Below, piece after piece: positions 37,903 to 47,305 of a DNA stretch of 64,000 bases (within the stretch, counting starts at the first letter, position 1; every line of letters begins with the position of its first letter). The stretch lies in NCBI GenBank assembly GCA_041576165.1, contig JBFGLM010000020.1, forward strand, positions 16,949-80,948, written 5' to 3'. The notes below the pieces were generated by a model that did no database searches, had not been told where the DNA came from, and was given only the letters and a program-made list of their open reading frames with translations. A program made the position numbers and the translations under genes. The stretch is from Acidimicrobiia bacterium (GTDB taxonomy: Bacteria; Actinomycetota; Acidimicrobiia; Spongiisociales; Spongiisociaceae).

Positions 37903-38457
37903 GTGGCCCCACTCACGCGACGCGAATTCCTGTTCCTTGGCGTAGCGACCGGAGCGACTGCCGCGGTAGGCGTCGTGCTTCCGATCATGCGCACGGTCGA
38001 GGGAGAACCGGTGGCCACTTCGCAGCCGGCGCTGGTCGGCCTGTTCCCGCGCCAGTCCGTGGCGAAGGTGTCGGACCTGATGCCGGGCGAGCCGGTGCTG
38101 TTTGACTATCCGCTCGCTGGTCAGGCGAACATGCTCGTCAAGTTGGGAACGCCGGTCGCTACCGGAGCAGGGGCGGACGGTGATCTGGTGGCGTTCTCAC
38201 GCATCTGCACCCACATGGGTTGTGTGATCGACGAATACCGGGCGGACGTCAATGTGCTGGGACCCTGCCCGTGCCACTTCTCGACATTCGACTTTGCCCA
38301 CAATGGCCAGGTCGTGCTGGGGCAGGCCACGCAGAACCTGCCGCAGGTTTTGCTCGAGATCGATGGAGACGACATCTACGCGGTCGGCGTCGTCCGGTTG
38401 ATCTACGGGTTCAATGATCCGCTCGTCAGTGCCGAACAGCTGGAGGTGGTCTCGTGA
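37903..38457 (+). CDS. aioB: Rieske [2Fe-2S] small subunit of arsenite oxidase/iodate reductase family (AioB/IdrB-like), Tat signal
   Basis: TRREFL Tat motif; CTHMGC and CPCHFSTFD; GQATQNLP...AVGV..LIYG; symbol is family-level only. Confidence 0.88.
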   Translation: MAPLTRREFLFLGVATGATAAVGVVLPIMRTVEGEPVATSQPALVGLFPRQSVAKVSDLMPGEPVLFDYPLAGQANMLVKLGTPVATGAGADGDLVAFSRICTHMGCVIDEYRADVNVLGPCPCHFSTFDFAHNGQVVLGQATQNLPQVLLEIDGDDIYAVGVVRLIYGFNDPLVSAEQLEVVS

Positions 38458-40934
38458 CGCAAGCGCTCCCTGCCAACGTACCGCTGCCGCCCCCCGACGC
38501 TGAACAGCGCATCATTTGCTGCGAGTACTGCCCGGTGGCGTGCGGTTACCAGGTCTACATCTGGCCGCTCGACCGCGAGGGTGGGCCGGCCGCAGCCGAC
38601 AACGCTCTCGGCGTTGACTTCCCGACGGCGCCGCTCAGCGGCCGCTGGCCGTCTCAGAACATGCACACCGTGGCCGAGGTCGACGGGGAGATGCGCAACG
38701 TGCTCATCATGCCCGATGCCGACATCCAGGCCGTGAACGTTGGAGGCACGCACTCGGTGCGAGGCGGCGCCCTCGCCAAGAAGCTGTACAACCCGGGAAG
38801 CCTCACCGGCGATCGCTACCTGCGACCCATGTTGCGGGTCCGGGGGGACCTGGTTCCAATTTCCTGGGACGTGGCCATTGACCTCGTCGCAAAGCTGTCT
38901 CGCCATGTAGTGGACAACTACGGCGAGCTGGCGTGGGGTATGAAGATCTACTCGTATCAGTTCTTCGAAAACACCTACGCGGCATCGAAGCTGGCTTTAC
39001 TCAACATCGGGACACCCAACTTCTCGCCCCACCATGCCCCGGCCGAGGGCGACGACGTGCCCGGCCTGTCAGACACCGGTATCGACGCATTCGGCTCCTC
39101 GTTCGAAGACGACAGAGCGGCTGACGTGCTGTTCATCGCGGGCTCCGACCCGTACGAGACCAAGACCGTGCGGTTCACGACGTGGCAACAGCCCGGGGGC
39201 GCGACCATCATCTACGTCGATCCCCGCAAGACGTTCACTGCCGCCTATGCGGAGGCTCACGGCGGCCTGCACCTGCAGCTGCTACCCGGCACCGACACGG
39301 CGCTGTACAACGCCATCGTGCGGGAGATCATCGCCCAGGGTTGGGAGGACGAAGAGTTCGTTTCTCAGTACACGGCTTCGCGGGCCGACCTGGACGCTGA
39401 GGACGGCTGGCGCCGACAGCTGTTCGGCCTGACGTTCGATGAGCTGCGGGAATACCTCTTCTCGCACGCCGACTTCACCCTCGAGGGCGCCGAGAGGGAA
39501 ACCGGAGTGCCGGCCGACAAGATCCGGCGAGCGGCGGAGCTGATGACGGGTGGCGGCGGAGACCGGCCGAAGACGACGATCCTTTTCGAGAAGGGTGTGT
39601 ACTGGTCGCACAACTACGAGAACACCGCCGCGATCGGCAATCTGGGCGTCGTGACGGGTTCTGTCGGGCGCGAAGGTCGGGCGATCAGCCGCATGGGTGG
39701 TCATCAGCGCGGAGGCATGAAGGCCGCCGGCTATCCCAAGGACAAGTCGCCCGACGAATACCAGGGCAACAAGATCGAGATGGACACCGAGCGGTGGTTC
39801 GTGCAAGGAAACACCCGCTTGCGCTGGATTGTCGGCACGAATTGGCTGGGGGCGATGGGCGCCACCCAGGCGCTGGTCGATGTCACCCGCCGTCTGACCT
39901 CGATTGGCCCCGTCGTGCCGTCGACCGACCCTGATCGGGCCTTCGAAGCCCTCAAGGCCCGTATCGACCAAGGCGGCACGGTCATCGTCCATCAGGAGAT
40001 ATATCCCAACGATTCGACGCCCTATGCCGACATCATTCTGGCCGCCGGCGGATGGGGAGAGGACAACTACACACGCAACAACGCGGAGCGCCGGCTGCGG
40101 CTATACGAGAAGATCGCCGATCCTCCTGGTGAGGCCAAGCCGGACTGGCAGATCTTTGCCGAAGTGGGTCGCAAGATGGGCTACGACGGGTTCGATTGGG
40201 CCGACACCAACGAGATCTTCGAGGAGACGGCTCCGTTTGCGTCGGGCCGCAAGGACTACACGGCGCTCATCGAAAAGGCGCAAGCGGACGGGGTTCGTGC
40301 CCACGATCTGCTCAAGACATACGGCAACACCGGCATCCAGACGCCGCTCACCCTCGAGGGCGGAGAGCTGGTCGGCACGCCTCGGCTGCACGCCGATCTG
40401 GCTTTCAAGACCAACTCGGGCAAGGCCAACTTCGTGCGGGCCGACTGGGATGACGTGAAAGCGCGCAATGCGATGCTGGCGCCGTCCGGCGATGAGCTAT
40501 GGGTGACGAACGGGCGGGTCAATGAATTGTGGAACAACTTGTTCGATCACGCCCGCCGCGAGATCTCGAACGAGCGCTTCCCAGTCAACTTCCTCGAGAT
40601 CTCGGAGAACGACGCAGCCGCCCGGGGCGTCGTGTCGGGTGATTTGCTCTCGATCGAGTCGGACGGAGTGCTTGATCAGCTAGGCCAACCAACGACGGGC
40701 TCGTTCACGGCCGTTGCATACGTCAGCCCGCTGGTTCCGGACGGCGTGACGTTCACGTACTTCCTGTTCCCCGGCCAGCCGTCCAACACTGTGACGCCCG
40801 CCGATACCAGCCTGCAGCCGATCAATCTGCGTTACAACTTCAAGCTCGGCAAGGGTCGGGTCTCCAAGATCGGATCCACCCGGCTCACCGAGACGATGTC
40901 CTTCGCTCCTCGGAATCTGGTACCAGGAGTGTGA
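38454..40934 (+). CDS. aioA: molybdopterin DMSO-reductase-family large subunit, arsenite oxidase/iodate reductase (AioA/IdrA-like) clade
   Basis: CEYCPVACGY [3Fe-4S] motif, HSVRGG, ENTY, EKG.YWS, RMGGHQ, NAERRLRLY, NGRVNE.W; symbol is family-level, substrate not established. Confidence 0.9.
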   Translation: MTQALPANVPLPPPDAEQRIICCEYCPVACGYQVYIWPLDREGGPAAADNALGVDFPTAPLSGRWPSQNMHTVAEVDGEMRNVLIMPDADIQAVNVGGTHSVRGGALAKKLYNPGSLTGDRYLRPMLRVRGDLVPISWDVAIDLVAKLSRHVVDNYGELAWGMKIYSYQFFENTYAASKLALLNIGTPNFSPHHAPAEGDDVPGLSDTGIDAFGSSFEDDRAADVLFIAGSDPYETKTVRFTTWQQPGGATIIYVDPRKTFTAAYAEAHGGLHLQLLPGTDTALYNAIVREIIAQGWEDEEFVSQYTASRADLDAEDGWRRQLFGLTFDELREYLFSHADFTLEGAERETGVPADKIRRAAELMTGGGGDRPKTTILFEKGVYWSHNYENTAAIGNLGVVTGSVGREGRAISRMGGHQRGGMKAAGYPKDKSPDEYQGNKIEMDTERWFVQGNTRLRWIVGTNWLGAMGATQALVDVTRRLTSIGPVVPSTDPDRAFEALKARIDQGGTVIVHQEIYPNDSTPYADIILAAGGWGEDNYTRNNAERRLRLYEKIADPPGEAKPDWQIFAEVGRKMGYDGFDWADTNEIFEETAPFASGRKDYTALIEKAQADGVRAHDLLKTYGNTGIQTPLTLEGGELVGTPRLHADLAFKTNSGKANFVRADWDDVKARNAMLAPSGDELWVTNGRVNELWNNLFDHARREISNERFPVNFLEISENDAAARGVVSGDLLSIESDGVLDQLGQPTTGSFTAVAYVSPLVPDGVTFTYFLFPGQPSNTVTPADTSLQPINLRYNFKLGKGRVSKIGSTRLTETMSFAPRNLVPGV

Positions 40935-40968
40935 TGGGCGGTCGGCCGCGTCTCGGGCAGGGCAGCTG

Positions 40969-41430
40969 ATGCCTCGGGCCGCCGTGAGCGCCCGGATGGA
41001 GCACAGGTATCGAGCGGTGAGACGCTGCTTGGAGGAGCCACCAGATGATCTGTGGGTCGCGCCCGGCGAGAACGTACCGATCATGCGTGCTTCGTTGCCG
41101 ACCGGGATTGAGATCCACCACGAAGTGGACGTAGAGATGGGTGCTTTCTATGAGTTGACCGAGCCGATCAAGATGTGTGGTCGGGATGTGGTGATACATG
41201 CTCACGGCCATGAACGTCTGTATCCCCGCTTCACCGGTTCGCTCGAGGCATACCCGACCAGGCGGGCCACCCAGCTGGAGCTGGCTGGAACATACGAAAT
41301 CCCCACCGGCGCGCCCGGGGTCATAGTTGACCACGTCCTCCTCGGACATCTCGCAGAGGCAACCCTCGCCGACTTGTTCGGCGTGGTAATGAGCAAAGTC
41401 AGCCAGTGCGCCGGTGTGGTCGAAGCATGA
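40969..41430 (+). CDS. hypothetical protein
   Basis: RLYPRFTGSLE...TQLELAGTYEIPTGAPG..VD...AEATL; co-oriented downstream of the Mo enzyme. Confidence 0.6.
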   Translation: MPRAAVSARMEHRYRAVRRCLEEPPDDLWVAPGENVPIMRASLPTGIEIHHEVDVEMGAFYELTEPIKMCGRDVVIHAHGHERLYPRFTGSLEAYPTRRATQLELAGTYEIPTGAPGVIVDHVLLGHLAEATLADLFGVVMSKVSQCAGVVEA

Positions 41431-41578
41431 GGCATGCAGCCGACGGCTCTGAGGAGCTCCGCGTCTGAGCGTCTGCCAGCCCGCGGCACGGGTTCCGGGG
41501 AGCCGGGTGACGGCCTGTCGCGCCGTCCGGACCGAGAAGCCTGAAGCGGGGCGGCAGGCAACGGCGTATCGTTCGGGG

Positions 41579-41932
41579 ATGGATGTTGACTATCCCGGCT
41601 TCGGGACGATCGTCATAGACGGCAGCATGTTCGATCACGATGTTGTGATAGAAGGTGGCGTCGTGCGTCCCCGGGACAAGGGCCCGTCGAAGGGCCTCAA
41701 GGCCCGATTCGGGCACACTCCGCTGACGGCGGCGGAGGACATCCCGTGGTCGAAACCCCAGCTAGTCATCGGCTCGGGTTACTCGGGTCGGCTCCCCGTT
41801 GGTCCCGACGTCGAGGTCGCTGCGGCAGATCACGGCGTCGAACTGATAGTCGTGCCGACCGCTGACGCCTGCTCCCTGCTACGCGCAAGGACACCTTCGG
41901 ACGTGAACGCCATCCTGCACGTCACCTGCTGA
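41579..41932 (+). CDS. Mth938-like domain protein
   Basis: FGTIVIDG..FDHDVVI...GHTPL...LVIGSGYSG.L...NAILHVTC. Confidence 0.85.
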   Translation: MDVDYPGFGTIVIDGSMFDHDVVIEGGVVRPRDKGPSKGLKARFGHTPLTAAEDIPWSKPQLVIGSGYSGRLPVGPDVEVAAADHGVELIVVPTADACSLLRARTPSDVNAILHVTC

Positions 41933-42045
41933 CCGCCAGGGAGATTCCTCGAGCCGACACAGTGGCGAGCGCGGTCGTCGCCGGGCCGCGCTTGACCGGT
42001 TGGTCGCCTGCTCAGCGATCGACGCCTCTCGCTTGGGGGAGGGGG

Positions 42046-43671
42046 TCAGCGGTGGGCCCATTCGAGGAAATCTACCCTGGCCCAGGTATTGACTACCGCC
42101 TCGGGGCGAACACCGGCCTGCTGCATCACCGCAACGGAGTGGGCCACATTGTCGAGCTCATGCAGCCGGTGGGCGTCGCTGTTGGCTGCGAGCAGCACAC
42201 CGGAAGCAACCGCGGAGGCGACCAGGTCTGCTGAGAGGTCGAGCCGGTCGCGGTGTCCGTTGACCTCGAGCGCCGTCCCGCTTGCGGCCGCAGCTTCAAG
42301 AACGGCATCTACGTCGAGATCGAATGGGGGGCGAATTCCGATACGGCGCCCCGTTGGGTGAGCGAGCACGCGAACAGCCGGGTGGGCCAAGGCTCGGACC
42401 ACCCGTGCCGTCTGTTCCTTCCGGCTGAGGTCGAAGTGCGAGTGGCAACCGGCAACAACGAAGTCGAGCCACCCCAGCGTCTGATCGTCGAGGTCGGGGT
42501 TTCCATTGCGGTCGATGTTGATCTCGGCGCCATGCAGGATGACCAGATCTGAATATCGAGAACGGAGCTCGTTGATCTCTGCGCGCTGCGTGCGCAACCC
42601 CGCCGCGTCCAGCGCTCCAAAGCGGAGTCCCACCGGGTGGTCGGTGATCACCAGATAGCCATACCCCCGCGCCTGCGCTTGGTTCGCTGCGTCCTCGAGA
42701 CGCATGTGGCCGTCTGGCGACCAGTCGGTGTGAACGTGGAGATCTCCTCGCAGGTTCGAGGCCGTCACCAGGTTGGTGGCGTCGATCAGGCGGCCCGTCC
42801 TGGCAGGAGGAGGAATCCACGCTACGCCGGCACCGGCGTAGACGTCTTCTTCCGTTGAGTGATCGGTGTGTTCGCGGAACAGCAGGCGTACGTGGTCGGT
42901 GGGTCCGGTCGCTGCGACGAGCGCTGAGCCCGCGCGAGCGGGTGGGCTCAAGAGCACGGTCGCAGCGGCCCCGCTGTGTAGTCGCAGTGCGACCCGATCG
43001 GCGGCAGCCTCGGACCCGGACGCAAGCGCCGTCCGTGACAGAAAGTCGATTGCTGGCTCAATCCGGTCAGTGACCATTAGCAGATCTAGCGCCTCCACCC
43101 ATTCGGTCACCCGCCGGACTTGGCCGGCAACCTGCACGGCGCCGTCAGCGTATTGATCGAGGTGGGCGGCCAGGCGACCGGCGATCACCGCCGCATCATG
43201 CGCCGGCAGTGCCTCTGGCGAGGGCGGCATGGTCAAGACCCGTTCCCACATCGCCGCCGTGGCCGGGCCGACACCGTTGAGTGTTTCGGCCGCGCCGGCG
43301 TCGATGGCGAGCAGCAGGTCATTGACGGTGTCGATACCCAAATCGACCTTCATTGCCCGGAGTCGATCGGCTCGCATTCGCGGGAGGCGAAGCATCGTTG
43401 ATGCATCGCGCGGATAGCGGCTCAGCATGTCCTCTAGTTCCGGCACGCGGCCGGTCTCACGAAACTCACGGATGACCCGCGCAATGCCGCTCCCGATCCC
43501 GTTGACCCTTGTTAGTTCTTCATCGGAACCCTTCAGATCTTCAGGCAGGTTGTCCAGTGCCCATACCGCTCGTTCGTAGGCTCTCGCCCGGAACGACCGT
43601 CGGGTGTCACTCCTCAGAAGTTCGGACAGCTTCCACAGCGCCGCGCCGAGCTCTCTTCGCTTTGATGTCAC
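42046..43671 (-). CDS. polX: family X DNA polymerase-PHP fusion (non-canonical polymerase site)
   Basis: FRARAYERA, GIGSGIA HhH; PHP motifs DLHVHTDWSPDG, ITDH, AHPTGR, NSDAH. Confidence 0.9.
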   Translation of the reverse strand: MTSKRRELGAALWKLSELLRSDTRRSFRARAYERAVWALDNLPEDLKGSDEELTRVNGIGSGIARVIREFRETGRVPELEDMLSRYPRDASTMLRLPRMRADRLRAMKVDLGIDTVNDLLLAIDAGAAETLNGVGPATAAMWERVLTMPPSPEALPAHDAAVIAGRLAAHLDQYADGAVQVAGQVRRVTEWVEALDLLMVTDRIEPAIDFLSRTALASGSEAAADRVALRLHSGAAATVLLSPPARAGSALVAATGPTDHVRLLFREHTDHSTEEDVYAGAGVAWIPPPARTGRLIDATNLVTASNLRGDLHVHTDWSPDGHMRLEDAANQAQARGYGYLVITDHPVGLRFGALDAAGLRTQRAEINELRSRYSDLVILHGAEINIDRNGNPDLDDQTLGWLDFVVAGCHSHFDLSRKEQTARVVRALAHPAVRVLAHPTGRRIGIRPPFDLDVDAVLEAAAASGTALEVNGHRDRLDLSADLVASAVASGVLLAANSDAHRLHELDNVAHSVAVMQQAGVRPEAVVNTWARVDFLEWAHR

Positions 43672-43716
43672 CCGGGGAGTATGCCCGGCCCGCGGGCGAC
43701 CCGGGCCGGGCGCAGG

Positions 43717-44418
43717 TCAAACCGGACGACCTTCGGCGTCGATCACGTACGTGTTGCCGGTCGAATTCGCCAGCTCCTGGAGGAGGCGCAGCTTGTATAG
43801 CTCTGGATTGTCTCGCATCAGCGATGCGGCGTTTGCCAGATTGCGCAGCGCCGCCGTTTCCCCTCGAGCGCGTTCGAGTGCGGCCTGGCCGGCCAGCCGG
43901 GCCTCCACGATTTGCGCCAGCAATCTGCGCTGTTCGCCCGGCACTACCAGGTCGCGCACAGCCAGGCGCGATACATCGACGCCCAGTTGGGCTGCAGCAT
44001 CCTGCGCCGCCGCCAAGAGTGGATCGTCCAGCTCGGCCCGGTTGGCGATGAGATCCTCCAGCGCAGCTGCACCGACCGCCGCCCGCAGCGCCAATTGCAC
44101 CTCGACGTACAACTGAGATCGCCAGTCGCCCGCACGCAGCGCTGCGACCGGGTCGGTGACGTTGGTGACCACTGCGACCGTGGCCCGGACGGTGACCCCG
44201 TCGGATGTCAGGATTTCCTGGCTTGGCACGATCAGCGTCTGTGGGACTGCGGCCATGCGCGAGACCCGATCTCTGCGCCGCGAAAGGCGATACCGGCCGG
44301 GAGGAAGCACGCGCGTCACCTTGCCGTTGCGCAGCAGCACGACATGCTCGAGCTCGGTTACCACGATCCGACGTGGCGGTTTGGTCACTTGTTCAGGCGT
44401 ATACATTGTCCAGGCCAT
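43717..44418 (-). CDS. slipin / SPFH (band 7) family protein
   Basis: QEILTSDGVTVR...VRDLVVPG...LERARGETAALRNLANAA.LM.DNP.L..LRLLQ. Confidence 0.88.
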   Translation of the reverse strand: MAWTMYTPEQVTKPPRRIVVTELEHVVLLRNGKVTRVLPPGRYRLSRRRDRVSRMAAVPQTLIVPSQEILTSDGVTVRATVAVVTNVTDPVAALRAGDWRSQLYVEVQLALRAAVGAAALEDLIANRAELDDPLLAAAQDAAAQLGVDVSRLAVRDLVVPGEQRRLLAQIVEARLAGQAALERARGETAALRNLANAASLMRDNPELYKLRLLQELANSTGNTYVIDAEGRPV

Positions 44419-44519
44419 CGTTGTCCTCGTGCGGCCGGGGTCGGTCGGCACCGCCGTACGGCGGGAGCCCGAAGCTCGCAGAGCCGTGCGGCGATGTGCG
44501 CCGAAGCGCGTCCGACCTT

Positions 44520-44710
44520 CCCAAGCCGGTAAATGGGGAGTTGAACCCCGGTTCGTTAACCGTTGCCGGCAGGCCAACGGGGAAACGGGCGAGGCTACGC
44601 CCGCCCGGCCTCAGACTCTGCCGGCGGGGAACAGCCTACGGCGACCCGTGCGCTGCTCGCACTGCTTTTAGGCCACCGCTGGGTCGTTGGAAGGACTTCC
44701 CGCCGGATGT
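44520..44710 (-). ncRNA. candidate structured ncRNA with a tRNA T-arm-like motif upstream of the slipin gene
   Basis: Three nested stem domains; minus strand GGGG-TTCAACT-CCCC; see findings. Confidence 0.35.
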
Positions 44711-44842
44711 CAGAATCGGCACGGTCTCCCTGTGGTCGTAGCCCAAGGGACAGGCTATGACGTCGTCGAGATCCGGTCGGTGCTGGTCGCGCAGCCCGCA
44801 GACGGACGGGGCACGCCAGGCGGTATCAGGATCCGCGGCAGG

Positions 44843-45400
44843 TCACCCGCTACCGGGATCTATCTTCACGCCTGAGAAGCTGACATCGACAGCTTCCGCG
44901 TAGCGCCGGCCGTTCTTCTTGTCGTGACGATGGAAGGTGGGCGGGTCAACGTGAACGTCGATCTGATACGAAGCGGCTTCGGGCACCGTCACGTTGGCGC
45001 CGTAGTGGTACAGCCACGGATGCCACAGCATGGGGAGCCGTCCCTCGAATGCGACGGCGCCGGTCGATTCGTCGGTCACCTTGACCGTCACCTCGAGCCC
45101 GGGGATGAACCGGTGGTCGGCCGCGTCACGAACCGAGATCTCGATGTGGGCGTTGTATTCGTCAGGCTCGCGCCAGACGAGGCTGCCGTCGACCATCTCG
45201 TGCATACCCTCGGCGCCTTCGATGGCATAGGCCACAATTACGTCACCGACGTGCTCATCGCCACCCGCGTCAGCGACCGTGTTGGCCATGTGGTGGAGAG
45301 CCGTTACGTATGCGTCACCCTGGGCCTGAGCCATGCGATGCTGATGAGGGGCGGCCTCGTCCGACGCCTTGGTCGGCGGGACACCGGTCGTCTGAGTCAT
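44843..45400 (-). CDS. P19/Tp34-like 'iron transporter' family protein without signal peptide
   Basis: YAIEGAEGM...AHIEISV...RFIPGLEV...PMLWHPWLYHYGANV; GGAGG RBS. Confidence 0.75.
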   Translation of the reverse strand: MTQTTGVPPTKASDEAAPHQHRMAQAQGDAYVTALHHMANTVADAGGDEHVGDVIVAYAIEGAEGMHEMVDGSLVWREPDEYNAHIEISVRDAADHRFIPGLEVTVKVTDESTGAVAFEGRLPMLWHPWLYHYGANVTVPEAASYQIDVHVDPPTFHRHDKKNGRRYAEAVDVSFSGVKIDPGSG

Positions 45401-45554
45401 GATGTGGCCTCCGCTGCTTCCTGCGATGTGCACCATCAGTACCCGGCTACCGGGCTGAGGAAACACGACGCACCGATGACGCGGCTGGCGCCGGTGGGTT
45501 GCCCCCGGGCCAGCCGCATGGGACCGGCCTGCATCTGACGCGCTGCCCTGGCTG

Positions 45555-47048
45555 CTATTCGCCGACCACCTCCACCGTACGTGCGCCGGGTTCGCCACCG
45601 AGGGCGATGCGGCGCAGGGCAACGTTGTTGTCGGAGCGTATCTCCTCGAGCCGGCCGTCTTGGTTGGTCGCCACCTCCAGGAGGTACTCGCCATTCGGGA
45701 CGTCCGTGATGTCGATCCACTGGCCGGGAACGCTCTGGTAGTAGGAGTCGCCCCAGCCGACTTGGAGGATCTCCCTTATCCACATGGCTCCGAAGAAACC
45801 GCATCTCGTCTCGAGGGCAGCATCCGACGGGCGATAGTCGGCGTGGGGAATGGTCAGGTCGATGGGGTCGGTGGGCATCAGGCAGAAGGCCTCCTTGCCG
45901 CTGACTGCGACCGGGTTGCCGGCGTCGTCGATGATGCGGTATTGCGCGAAGTCCTTGAAGTGCCAGTGCCGGTGACCTGGCACCGGGTCATATTCGAGTT
46001 CCCCGACGAGTTCGCGGGACACGATCACGCCGTCCTGGTAGAGGTATTGATAGGCGTCCATCACTGGTTCGCCGAGACGCCGAAACCCTTCGACGACCAG
46101 CGGACCATCGCCACCGTTCCACACGTTGGCGCCGAAAATGATGGCGTCGACCCCCTCAGAGCCCGGGTCGTCCGGGCCGGCCATCATGATGTTGAACGGT
46201 GGGAGGGCGATCAGGTCTGGCAGACCGCTGGCGTCGGCGGCAACTTCTGGAGCCTGGGGGGTCTGCGCCGCCAGGCCGTGGATGTCGCCGACTGGCGGCC
46301 CCGTGGCCAGATCTCCGAGTCCCCCGTCGGTCTCGTCGCCGGTGGCGACCGTTACTGCCATTGAGGCGCGGGCCCGGTTGGCAGGGATTCCGAACAATCT
46401 GCGGTATCTGGGTTTGATCTCGATGTCGAGACGGTAGGTGCCGTCCGGCACTGCACGATCTACGAAAATCGAATCGGGTGCCCGCCCGGTCCAGCCGGCG
46501 TCGATGCCCCACACCATGCCGGTGGTGAGTTCACTGACGACGCAGGAATCGGCAAACTCGGACGTGGACGGACCGGTGTCATCCAGTCGTGCCCGATCCC
46601 ACGTGAGCGGACAGAACGGGATGTCGGCAGAATGGACGACGCCGCCGGCTTCTGTCGACATTGTGACGTTGAAAAAGGCGTCGAATCCCTGGCTGAGATC
46701 GGGCACCGTCCAACCGGGTAGGCGGCGCGTGCGGGCTATCTCACCTGCGTCGTCACGCACAATTTGCCGAGCGGTGATCTCGCCGTCGCGCTGGCGGTTC
46801 ACGTGTACTTCGAACTCGCCGCCGGTGGCTGCTACGAAGCTGGGCAGTCCTTCGAGGACGAAGGAGCCTTCTGGGGACCGGACCTGGTCGATCTCGGACT
46901 CAGTGACGATCAGCCGCAGCGAAGGGAAGCTCGGGCGGGGCGAAGGTTGCGCGTCGGACTCGGCTTCCGCTCCTATCGACGCGCCGCTGATCAGGAGCGC
47001 GGTGATGATGGCCAGGCTGGCCAGACGGGTCACACGGATGAACCGCAT
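45555..47048 (-). CDS. secreted lysyl-oxidase-family protein
   Basis: Signal peptide; GHRHWHF Cu-binding motif; KEAFCL; GWGDSY; WIDITDVPNGEY. Confidence 0.85.
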   Translation of the reverse strand: MRFIRVTRLASLAIITALLISGASIGAEAESDAQPSPRPSFPSLRLIVTESEIDQVRSPEGSFVLEGLPSFVAATGGEFEVHVNRQRDGEITARQIVRDDAGEIARTRRLPGWTVPDLSQGFDAFFNVTMSTEAGGVVHSADIPFCPLTWDRARLDDTGPSTSEFADSCVVSELTTGMVWGIDAGWTGRAPDSIFVDRAVPDGTYRLDIEIKPRYRRLFGIPANRARASMAVTVATGDETDGGLGDLATGPPVGDIHGLAAQTPQAPEVAADASGLPDLIALPPFNIMMAGPDDPGSEGVDAIIFGANVWNGGDGPLVVEGFRRLGEPVMDAYQYLYQDGVIVSRELVGELEYDPVPGHRHWHFKDFAQYRIIDDAGNPVAVSGKEAFCLMPTDPIDLTIPHADYRPSDAALETRCGFFGAMWIREILQVGWGDSYYQSVPGQWIDITDVPNGEYLLEVATNQDGRLEEIRSDNNVALRRIALGGEPGARTVEVVGE

Positions 47049-47305
47049 GATGACCTCCTAGACGTTGAGCCCGGGGGAACCGAGGTCGCTAGCCAGCGGA
47101 CCCGGGCAGCCCGTGGTGGCGGTAGGTCGCGGAATCGTCTGTCAACCGGAGGTGCTTGTCAACGGTCGTTTCCCCGTTTTGGGGCGTCGCAGTGTGGTGA
47201 CTCCCACATGTCGGGATTTGGCCTCAGGGGAGGTGAAAGACCCTCGAGCCGGTACCACTTGGCGCTCGCCGTTGGGCCGTGTTCGTGTGGTGCGGCTGCG
47301 GCGCC

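Noticed and set aside
37903-41932. Canonical idrABP1P2 operon or canonical arsenic island
   Set aside because: No cytochrome c peroxidases, order is B-A, and no aioXSR/ars genes are nearby.
44525-44570. tRNA gene
   Set aside because: Only a T-arm-like motif; no anticodon arm, D arm or acceptor stem could be built.
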